DNA from: Lama glama
Lineage: Eukaryota
Reading direction: 5' to 3'
Assembly (NCBI GenBank): GCA_028534125.1
Contig: CM052840.1
Location: 10,540,001-10,604,000 of the forward strand
DNA: 64,000 bases
Shown: piece after piece, positions 53,381 to 64,000 of the stretch
Numbering within the stretch: position 1 is the stretch's first letter
Layout of the letters: every line of letters starts with the position of its first letter
The notes under the pieces: model-generated
The model's input: the letters and a program-made list of their open reading frames with translations, nothing else
The model's database searches: none
What the model was told of the DNA's origin: nothing
Translations under genes and position numbers: made by a program

Positions 53381-54829
53381 TTAATTTAGATTCAACGATG
53401 TATTTATTAAAAAATGCTTATCAAAATGGTGATGGCCTAATTACATTCCTATATTAAATCAATTTTGATATTAAATACCATTTGAAGTAATATGATGGTT
53501 ATTCATTAAGTGATTTACATTTCCTATTAACAGTAAAATTAATACAGTCACCCCAAATTTATTTTTGATTCATATGAACACACTATCGTAAATGATACAA
53601 CTATTTTGTGTCAATTTCTATACTCAGGTAAGTGGGTTTTGTTTGACATGATGGGGATACTTTATAGATAACACAAAATAAAACTTCGTGAGATTTCCTA
53701 GCGTATGTCTAATAGCAAATATATCCACAGCATTTAGATAATTATATCTACAGCAAAAGCTATTGATCCACACTTAGGAATAGGAGAGGAACTGTACATT
53801 AAAGCAGTATGTGTTATCTGATATTAAATGGCCAGGTTGTGGAGACACTTCTTTTGGGGTGGGAGGCTGACCTGAATCTTTCATCATACCCAAGTTTGCA
53901 TTTCTCAAAGACTGGTGTTTCATATCTCAGCCACGGAACTGTCAGGGCAGCTATGAGGGAAGACATTCACACTTAAAGACATGAAGAGAGGCCTTTAGTT
54001 TAAAAGGACACTCTGTTACCAGCTTCTAATCCAGCCTCTCCTAATGCATGTCCCACCAAGATACTACAAGAGACAGGAAACCAGCATGCAAATATATATA
54101 CATCTGGATAGAATTCGTGCTACCTGAAAAGTCGACTAAATTAAAAAATTTAAAAATACCTAATTAAAAAATATAGGTGCCAGTGTTAGTCTCCCTACTT
54201 GGTAAAGTTTGGTGGGGAAATCATCTTCCCCCAGCTGCTTACCCCCTGATTCAGATAAACAAACGTACACAAACTGGAATACACTGCCTGTATTTTGGAA
54301 GGTACTGCTTTGGCAGGTTTGTACTGCTCGGTGCTTCTTTTCTTGGTTCCTCCTTTCCTACATGCAGTTGGGGACTAACTCCCGAAATGCAGTTGCAGAG
54401 AGAAAGGGAGAGAAGATGGTGGCGTATTTTTCTTTGGAGGAGAAGTCCTCACAAGTGAAGCAAAAAATGTGGATGGGGTGGGAGGAGACTGCTAGGTGGA
54501 TGCACTTGCTGACAATTATGGTTGTCAAGTACTTAGTTTGGTCTCCAGTCACCAGTGACAATGAGATAGAAGATCCAGCCTCAGTCCAGCCAAGTGACAC
54601 GGTGAAAAGCCTTCCAGATTTTGCAATTGTTAAGGGGCTTTCATATCAACTAACCTTCCCCTCAGTCAATACGAAAACTGGGTTCAATGTAAGTCAGAAT
54701 AAATAGAATGAGCCTAGAGTGATCCAAGCAGGCTGCTGAGTTTGAAGTGCTGAGCTTTTCTGTCATTCTAGGATGAAGGAAAAACCGATAAATGTGATAA
54801 AATACCGTGGAGTAAGGGAACCGATCTAT

Positions 54830-55700
54830 CAGCATTTTGAAGAAGCCAAGTAAGAGCAGACTTCTGAATGCGACTGACTCCAGGCCCCGGAAAAGTTTTT
54901 GGAAACTGCTGAACAGTTGAGCAAGAGGTCAGGGGACACAACCTTTGTGCAACACAAGTGGAAGATCATAAGGAAACAGGGAATTGAAATAAACAGATGC
55001 TGGATAAGATTAAGAAGTACACTAGGTGAGAGAAGGGAGGCAAAAAACGAAAGCTCTAATACAGGATTAAAATTTGCATAGGATCCGCCCCACCCCCCCC
55101 AAAAGGAAACAAAATAAAAAAATAAAATTTGCAATGGAGATACAGAGGTAGAAATGAGACTCCAGAAAAAACAGATCAGTGATGTGGAAGCAGAGAAAAA
55201 TAGAATGTATGAAAATGATGAGATAAAAGATGTGAAGCAGAGAGAAGGGAGATGATCAGGGAAGATGCCCCCCCGCCCCCACCAAATGTAAGCAATGCTC
55301 AAAAACATTTGAGGAAAACATCTTATCTGATGGAAAATCTGTACATGTAAACCAAAATGCTGACAACATTCCTAGGGAAAAAATGGTAAGAGAAACATAC
55401 TAGATAAACTGATCGAAAATAATATTGATAGAGAAAATATTTACAAGTGTTCAGATAGACAGAATAAAAGTTTAACTTGAAAAGCACATGTATCAGACTG
55501 ACCTCAAACTTTTCCATGTAGTGGAGGGAGTTACAAATGTTTGATTAGAAAATGCTGGGACTTAGAATTTCCTTACAAACCAAATTGACTTTAGGTGGGA
55601 GGGAACCAGAAATACATCCTCAAATATACGTTACCAGGATATCTGAAGACTATTTGAAAATAATAAAGTCACAACAGAAATACCATGGTTTCAAAGAGTT
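54830..55700 (+). mobile_element. Old L1/HAL1 ORF1-region fossil
   Basis: A-rich; ..gatcagtgatgtggaag..atcagactgacctcaaacttt.. resembles decayed ORF1. No intact frame. Confidence 0.5.
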
Positions 55701-56164
55701 TGAAGCAGGTGTTAAAAACAAACAATTCTAAATGATTATTGCATATTTATTTACAAATCAAAATTATATCAGAGGTATTTTTGAAAGAAAATACCTTGTT
55801 AAAATAATTATTAAAAAAAAATAACTTGCCCTCTGCACCTTCAGGGTTACTAAGAAAAGAATCTGTGCACAAGACAGAAACAAACAAAGCACATAAACAT
55901 AAATAGCAAGAAAACAACAAAAACAGAAAATATTAAATCACATATTAATGTGCTCATGTGATGTTAAAAAAAAGCTAGGCCCCAAACTACATACACGCCA
56001 TGAGATCAATTTTATTTAAAATTATATATATGCCATTATACCCAGATATATACCCAAGATACTTAGAGGAGGAAATTACAGATTAGTTTTAGTATTATTA
56101 CAGTTTCCTATACATGGTTCCACAATAAACATGTATAATTTTTATATCCAGAGTGAATGAGATT

Positions 56165-56640
56165 AGCAAGACAGAAATAGACTCACAGGTACGGGGAACA
56201 GACAGGAGGTTACCAGTAGGGAGGGGAATGGGAGGGAATTTAGGATTTGGAGGTACAAACCACTATGCATAAAACTGACAGGCTACAAGGATGTAAGGCA
56301 CTGCACAGGGAAATGCAGCCATGATTTGTGATGACTTTATTTTATTTTTTTTTTACATTTTTTATTGATTCATCATCATTTTACAGTGTTGTGTCAAATT
56401 CCAGTGTTCAGCACAATTTTTCGGTCATTCATGGACATATACACACTCATTGTCACATTTTTTTCTCTGTGAGTTATCATAACATTTTGTGTATATTTCC
56501 CTGTGCTATACAGTGTGATGACTTTAAATGGGGTATAATCTATTAAAATGTTGGGTCCCTATGTCCTATACCCTAAACTAATATGATGTTGTAAATCAAC
56601 TATGCCTCAATAAAAAATGTAAAAAGAAAAAAAGAGAAAA
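56165..56640 (+). mobile_element. L1 3' end (artiodactyl type), host of a nested insertion
   Basis: acagaaatagactcacag..ggttaccag..gcacagggaaat..gttgtaaatcaactat..aataaa followed by an A tail. Confidence 0.9.
56340..56513 (-). mobile_element. Younger 5'-truncated L1 nested with a 13-bp TSD
   Basis: T-rich tail then reverse L1 3' UTR. TSD tgtgatgacttta at 56327-56339 and 56514-56526. Confidence 0.9.
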
Positions 56641-57494
56641 AGAAAATAACAAAAAAGGTTTTAAGAAAATTGATGAGAAAGAACATTAAGAAACTGACTC
56701 AGGTAAATAAACATCATCTCCAGTCCTGTTCCAGCACTTCTGTCTAAAGACAAGCCGAGAAGCCTTATATTTAACACTTTACCCTTGATTTCAATGTGTT
56801 TGGGCCACAGCGTGTACACATTAGTGGTTTATTTCTTCTAGGTTCTTAGAAATAAGTGGTTAAAATTCACTTTCAAAAAATGTTAAACAAATTAATAATT
56901 TAAAAAATGTGTTTAGTTGCTTCTAACAAACAAAGAAACCAACAGTACCATGTAGGCCTGGGTTTCATTGTTTTAATTTAATTTTTCATGAAGTCCACTG
57001 CTTTAGGCTTTCTGCAGGCCTCTATTTTGCATTTTAAACCCGGTACTTTGGCAAAAGCATTAGATTCCTTTGAGGAATATTGAGGCTGTTGTCAGTAATG
57101 ATCTTTCTCACGGGTTTCACGATTGGTGCAATTAGCCTTTGACGGGAGGTTGTAGTGGTACTCGTGGCACCATTCAGCCTTTCCACCTTAACCTGCTAGA
57201 ACCTGCCGGGGATAAAGTGATTTTTTTCACATTAACAGGTTCCTGTCATTTTTCCAGACCTGTGGGCCAAGTTTGGACTTGTGTTAACCATCTCCACACC
57301 TGTGCAATAACAATTTTCATATCATTTTAGAACAATAGCCCTTCTCATCAGATGTAGAGGTTAAGGACACTAAAGATCGTCTTGCTGACTTGTCCAGTTC
57401 ATTTATTTTCTAGCCGTTGTTTAGAGCTAACAAATCTGTACATTGACTCCAACTCTCTCCTCTTGTTAAGAAAAAAACTGATTAAAAAATCTGT

Positions 57495-57915
57495 TAGGTT
57501 ATATGTGGAATCTAAAAATGCTAAACTTACAAAAACAGACTGTAGAATGATGATTGCCAGGGGCTGGGTGTAGGGGAAACGGGCGGATGAGCATTTAAGA
57601 CTACAAACTTACAACTAATAGATAAGTAAGTTTTGCAGATCTAATGCACAACACAGTGATTAGAGTTAATCATACTGTATTACAAACTTCAAAGTTGCTA
57701 TGAGACTAAACTAAACCTTAACTGTTCTCAACAAAAAAGGAAATTATGTGACATGATAAAGGTGTTTCTTAATGCACTGTTGTAATCATATCACAATATA
57801 TAAATGTACCAAACCAACACCAATGGTTTGGTACGTTCATATACAGAAGTTTATTGTATATCCACCTAAACTTACACAAAAGTACATGTCAATTATATCT
57901 CAGTTTAAAAAAAAA
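57495..57915 (+). mobile_element. L1MA-type 3' end
   Basis: ttatatgtggaatctaaaaa..gattgccaggggctgg..gatctaatg..aaagttgcta..tgtcaattatatctca followed by poly-A. Confidence 0.9.
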
Positions 57916-58149
57916 TCTGTGTTAGTATTTGATCTGTGTATCTTTGGAATCCAGACTGCCAAAGAATAATTAATGTTTTGTAGTATTGAAAAAGAGAGAG
58001 AGAGAATATTAAATGTGTATGAAGTTATCAAACTTACATGCACCCTTGGCCCCACTGTCCCACTTTCAAAAATAGTGTGTTCACCAGAAGCCAATTCTGC
58101 TGTAGGTGGGAGGAAAGGAAATTTTAAACTCCTTAAAGGGAAATCACTA

Positions 58150-58573
58150 TGTATTGGTATTTTAGTGTTGCCAAAATGATGCTATGTAACATGCATCCCC
58201 CCAAATCAGTATCTTAACAACCATAATAATTTATTCCCAAGGATGTGCTAGTTGGCTAGAGTGGCTCTGCTCTTTGTAACTGAGCTAATTTATGAGTCTG
58301 CAGGGTTTTTTAGCTGTAGGTCTGTGGGCTGGCTAGGAAGCTCAGCCCCACATGTTTCTCATCTTCCTTGGAGCAGCAGGCCAAATAGACAAGTTCTTCC
58401 AATGGCACGGCAGAAGACCGACAGGGCTTGCTGAGCCAAGCAAACGCATCCAAAGCCTCCGCTTGCATCATGTCTGCTAACATCCCGATAGCCATCGAGA
58501 GTCACAAGCCCAAGTGAAAGGAAAGTAACCTTCTCAAGTGAAACTTGTTGAACAATAAATCAAACCTACCACA
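58150..58573 (-). mobile_element. MLT1 (H/J-like) solo LTR
   Basis: tgta..ttgcca..tgtaaca start; aaagcctccgcttgcatcatgtctgctaacatccc; tgaacaataaatcaaacctaccaca end. Confidence 0.8.
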
Positions 58574-58609
58574 CTTTGGTCGGCTACAATGCTCGTTGAA
58601 GAAATCTGC

Positions 58610-60621
58610 TTCTGACCATGATGAAGTAGCTTTTATCAGCCTAACTCTCTCAATGGGCACTATTATAAAAGCTGGATAAGATACAAAAACAATGGCCTGA
58701 AGACATCAGAAAGCAGCTAAGGTAGCCAGGACTTGAGAGGTCAACATTCCAGAGAGAGAGAAGCACATTGAGCTGAACACAACAACTGTCTTTGCCTTTT
58801 CTGCTTGGAGTTTACACCCCATGGCAGCACATGAACTAGAGGCCAAATGCAGAGTGGTGTATGGGGATTGCCCTTGGACAGGGACATTAGAGACCAATAC
58901 TTACAAGACATCCACTTCTTAGAAATCAGATCCCAGAGAGCAGGAAATTAAACCTCCAAGGCTTTGAGCCTAAAATCCTATGTGAAAACTTTCCTCAAGT
59001 TTTTAGTTGATGTTTAATATGTACGTCGATGGAACAAGAAACTTCTGAGAGTCTACAGAGTTAAGCAGAGATTTTTGGCAGTCTTGCAGGGCTGGAAAAA
59101 CAGAGGTAGGATTTTAGGATATGCCAAGGAAGAGGAGCTTCAGTGATTATTCATAGTCTTCAGTTGAGTCCACTGGTAGACAACTAGAAAATCCATAAAT
59201 ATTTGGAAATTAGGCAATACATTTCTAAATGACCCATGGGTTGAAGATAACATCAAAATGGGAGCTAGAATATCAGCAAATAAGAAAGTGTTTTGAAATA
59301 AATGATAATAAAAAATCATATAAAGTGATGGGATGCTGCTAAAGCAGGTTCTAGAGGAAAATATAAAGGCATATGTTAGAACAAAAGAAATACTAGAAAT
59401 AATTGATGCAAGTATTCATCAGATAAGCTAGAAAAAGGATAGCAAATTAAACCAAGAGTAAGAAATGAAGCAATAAAGCTAATGGTGGGTATCAGAGAAA
59501 CAGCAAACATAACACTGTACATAAAAAAAAGTAAAGCCAAACGTTCACTTTGAATAACCTAATAAAACAGATAAACTACTCAGAAGATTGATAGTCTGAA
59601 AAGAGAAAAACACCAATTGCTAGCACAACCATAGTTCCCACAGATAGTAAAGAAATTGATAAAAGGATATAGTGAACAACTTATACCAAAATTTGGAGAG
59701 TTATGGTCAAACAGACACAATTCTTCAAGCAGAATGGACAATTCACTAAAATCAAAGTCAGAAGAAACAGGAATTCTCACACAATACAAAAGTCAAATCC
59801 AAGTGGATCAAAGACATGCATATCTTTATGACTTTGGTGATAGACAAAAATTTCTTGAATATCAATAACTATAATAGAAAGGATTGATAGATTGGACTGA
59901 ATTAAAACTTAAAACTTCTGTTCATCAACAGACACCACTGAGAGTTTAAAGGCAAACCACGGTGTGGGAGAACAGACTTGCAATACATATAAAGGATTCA
60001 CATACAGACTATATAATTAACTCCTATAAAGAAGTAAGAGAAGGACAATCTAAGAGAAAAATGGGAAAAGATTTAAACAGCCCTTCACAGAAGAGGATAG
60101 CCACGGACAATTTTGAAAAAGTTCTATACATTATTATTCACCAGGGAATAGCAAATGGGGACCACAATGCAATTTCACTCCAAACCCACAAGACCACCTA
60201 AAATAAAACGGACACCAAGCATTGGCAAGGATGTGGAGGAACTAGAAATATGATACCTGCCAGAGAGAACATAAGTCAGTATGATCACTTTGGAAAATGT
60301 TTGACAGTATCTACAAAGGCTGAAAATATGTACATGCTATGGTATAGTAATTCCACTCCACTGTAGGTTTAGTTTCAATTGTTCAAAAACTGGAATAAAA
60401 GCAAAGATCCAGTATAACAGACAAATTGTGTTACAATTTACATAATGGAATAATACAAAGCAATGAAAAAGAATGTATAACTTTCACACAAAAATCATGA
60501 AGTTAATATTCTATGTCTTGATCTGGGTGATGGTTTCACAGGTGTGTTCATTCTGAAAAATCAAGCTGTACACTTTACTTAGTAATTGTGCACTTTTGTG
60601 TGTGTGATATTTCTATACAAA
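58610..60621 (+). mobile_element. Old, internally deleted L1M (5' end, ORF2 pieces, 3' UTR)
   Basis: atttggaaatta..atttctaaatgacccatgggt; aattaaaacttaaaacttctgttcatca; attggcaaggatgtggagga; cttgatctgggtgatggttt. Confidence 0.85.
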
Positions 60622-63600
60622 NNNNNNNNNNNNNNNNNNNNNNNNNNNNNNNNNNNNNNNNNNNNNNNNNNNNNNNNNNNNNNNNNNNNNNNNNNNNNNN
60701 NNNNNNNNNNNNNNNNNNNNNNNNNNNNNNNNNNNNNNNNNNNNNNNNNNNNNNNNNNNNNNNNNNNNNNNNNNNNNNNNNNNNNNNNNNNNNNNNNNNN
60801 NNNNNNNNNNNNNNNNNNNNNNNNNNNNNNNNNNNNNNNNNNNNNNNNNNNNNNNNNNNNNNNNNNNNNNNNNNNNNNNNNNNNNNNNNNNNNNNNNNNN
60901 NNNNNNNNNNNNNNNNNNNNNNNNNNNNNNNNNNNNNNNNNNNNNNNNNNNNNNNNNNNNNNNNNNNNNNNNNNNNNNNNNNNNNNNNNNNNNNNNNNNN
61001 NNNNNNNNNNNNNNNNNNNNNNNNNNNNNNNNNNNNNNNNNNNNNNNNNNNNNNNNNNNNNNNNNNNNNNNNNNNNNNNNNNNNNNNNNNNNNNNNNNNN
61101 NNNNNNNNNNNNNNNNNNNNNAAATTGTGTTACAATTTACATAATGGAATAATACAAAGCAATGAAAAAGAATGTATAACTTTCACACAAAAATCATGAA
61201 GTTAATATTCTATGTCTTGATCTGGGTGATGGTTTCACAGGTGTGTTCATTCTGAAAAATCAAGCTGTACACTTTACTTAGTAATTGTGCACTTTTGTGT
61301 GTGTGATATTTCTATACAAATTTATATCAAAATACTAGTGTGATGATAAACCTATATATGTGAAATAATTATATGTGATAATTTTATGCAGATATATATG
61401 AATGTAAAACTGTTCCTATAAGGAGTAACCAGTGACATTTTCTCTCTTATGTTACTTCAAAGCGTATGATTTTTATCACCCAATATAATAGCACTGCAAA
61501 TTAAGTGCCAGTGCCTTAATTAAAAAACACAACTCCTCCTTTCATCATTACATAATACAATTAATAACATACCTTCACGGTGACAAAGTATTCTCTAGAA
61601 ATATTTCTTAAGTATAGTCTGAATGTGAAAATTTGATCCTATGTTTCTAGAGATAACTGAAATCAGTGATGAGTGTGGATGCTAATTCACTCCCCCATGT
61701 CATCTAGCGCCATATGCAGATCAACTCAGGTGTTGCTAGTAACTATTGTGTGGCAATCAGCTCTAAGTGCTAGTAACAGTGTATGGGATTGTACCAAAAA
61801 GACAAGTTGTTCAAGCTGACAGCTTCACTAGAAGACAAAAGAATTACCAGAATTGTCTTTTATCATTAAACACATTACTCCCATTTGAAATCAAGGGCAT
61901 CACTGATTGATATCTGAATAGTTCATTAACCTTTTAAAAAAAAAAAAGCAGGTCACAATTTTACAGCAGTTTTGACAAGCACACAGGGCCACTTCTGTGC
62001 TCTCTAAATGCGGCAGGGGCAAGAGGTCCTCTCTAACACACAAAGGATGTTCAGAGCTAAAATGATTCCCTCACTATACCCTGGAATGAAACAAAATGAG
62101 GGGAAAAGTCTGCATCCTGATAGTGGAGACAGGGTCTGGAGTTAGATCAAATGCCTTGCATGTGGCTAAGTGTATCTTTTACGATAGCATGAATTTTTCA
62201 CAATGTCAAATCTATTATAGTTTTTAGGTTGTACAAGGAGGAGGACTGAGAAACATTTCAGTTGGCAGGTAGAATGGATATCTGACTCGGTCTAGAGGCC
62301 ATCCTTTCTTTAATTTCCAGCCAAACAAAAGGGAGGTTTTGGGGTTTTTGTTGTTGTTTTGTTTTATTTTGTTTTGCAAGTCATATCAATTATCAGCTAT
62401 AGGCCCACCATGCTATCCTGTAGTTAATTAGCCTTTGCCCTTGGTTTGATTTAACTAGACAATGTGTCAAGCAACAGGACACAAATCTTTTGATCTTAGT
62501 TTTAATATAAAATCTGTGCCCACAAAGTGTCATTTTCACTTAAATTTCTGATATGTTAGCTGGTCTGAATCTCTTCACCAATTACAAGGGTTAAACGTTC
62601 AGACCTAGTTCTCTTGTGTCAAATAGTCCCATACCATCAGGGCAAGGCAAAGAGAAGGTAGGATCATTCAGCAATGTTTCTCCTTGAACTTGTTTTGTTG
62701 CCATTTAGGGTAAAGAAACTTGGAGAATCAAACTGCTGATGTTGACCTGGCTAAACAGGTCATTTTAAGGAATTTCTCTCTGCTCTTCACTGAGGAACCC
62801 AATATGTCAAGAAGAACTCTTAATAAGAGAGATGAAGGTTCAACTCTTTTATATTTTTGAGGCTTTGGAGGCTGATGCCAGTATAGGTGCTCTGAGGTCA
62901 GGCCCACTACCTTTCTGTCCTGAGGTTGTGACTGGTCTGTGCATTCTGGTTTTAAGGGCACGTGGGAGCAGAAACACAAACTGGGTACTGCGTCAGTTAC
63001 AAACGAAGTGGTTCTTGAGACTTTTGCTGCTTTGCTGTGAAATTTGCATCTAGGGAAAAACTGGAACTGTGCTCTAGGCACCACATATGCTTCATGTGCA
63101 CCAAATAAAGTTCTGGCACCTTCGCCTCCTGTTCACTGATTTCCGTTCACGACCTGCATCACTTCCTTCTTCTCTGAATGTCAGTTCACGTGCTGGTCCC
63201 CTGCAGATGCTTCAGAATGGCTCTTCTTTTTCCCCCTGGCCTCTGAAATGTGATCAACTAGACCACTGTCACTGCAAACCATGATTGGGAAAATAATATT
63301 TTAGAGCCTGGGAGACACTGTGAAGTGCCACAGTGGGTGACTGTCCTTAGGCAAAAGACACAAAAGTGACAAATCATGTGATATGTCTCAAAGATTTTAA
63401 TGATTCAAACAAATGTTACCAAATAAGTAGATTTGGAAGAAAAATATCCATAAGCTTAAGTGCCAGTGTATACTGGAGAGCATCTGAGATTCACCACCCC
63501 TTGGTATGCCACAGTCTCCTCTTATTTTATTTATCTAGTTTTTCTTTGAGGCAGGGTAAGAGGGAATAATATTAGAATATTAGAATTACACTAATATTTC

Positions 63601-63686
63601 TGTAGCACACAGCTAATTTCTGTCTCTCACTAATAAACTTGTCTCACCCTACCTTCTTAAGGATTTGCAAAACCCATTATTAAAAA

Positions 63687-63728
63687 GAAGAAGAAGAAGA
63701 AGAAGAAGAAGAAGAAGAAGAAGAAGAA
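63687..63728 (+). repeat. (GAA)14 microsatellite followed by poly-A
   Basis: Fourteen uninterrupted GAA units. Confidence 0.95.
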
Positions 63729-64000
63729 AAAAAAAACCCTGCTCTATAAGTTTTATTAACCTGCCGCCTGTTGTACATGCAAAAGAATTTATTGTCAGTG
63801 AACTGACAAGCTGGTGAACTGAACACAAGATCATGCACAAATGCATGTGTTAATATTCCTGGGAAGAGGGGGCATACACAGCTTTCTTCAGATTCTCAAA
63901 GCAATCCCATGCTCTGAAAAAGTTAAGAGCCACTGCAACTGGAATTGCTTCATTCTTCAGACACCCCAAGTCTCTGGGTTTTATTTTATTGAAGTTGTAT

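Noticed and set aside
54177-55308. 159-165-aa ORFs, one hydrophobic
   Set aside because: The hydrophobic one is an antisense reading of A-rich L1/HAL1 fossil DNA; the others show no recognisable homology.
60423-61320. Exact 199-bp direct repeat (60423-60621 and 61122-61320) flanking a 500-N gap
   Set aside because: Perfect identity in an old L1 and ends flush with the gap indicate unmerged overlapping contig ends, not a real tandem duplication.
63649-63846. Poly-Leu ORF resembling a signal or TM segment
   Set aside because: Translation of the (GAA)n microsatellite.

Overview
Mammalian, AT-rich, repeat-dense genomic DNA from a draft assembly with six N gaps. It is most likely camelid, judged from two Vic-1-type tRNA-derived SINEs and camelid-style young L1 tails. 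I can support no intact protein-coding exon. The only gene landmark is a CpG island at ~35.2-35.7 kb that looks like a minus-strand promoter with a non-coding first exon (donor CAG|GTATGC at 35333/35332); the host gene is unidentified. The rest is old interspersed repeats: L1/HAL1, L2, MIR, MLT1, MER5/20/53/58, hAT-Charlie and a near full-length Tigger1. The most notable structure is a pair of outward-facing copies of one decayed class I ERV leader/gag (909-1237 minus; 19474-19807 plus). They are ~99% identical over ~264 bp and share inactivating lesions, drop abruptly to ~80% identity, and both run into assembly gaps. They bracket an ~18 kb segment that holds the only LTR, while a fossil envR(b)/PABL_B-like env lies outside at 1-408. 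This fits a gene-converted, potentially invertible ERV-bounded cassette, but an assembly artefact cannot be excluded. Repeat family names are from recall of consensus sequences, not from a search, and boundaries of old repeats are approximate.
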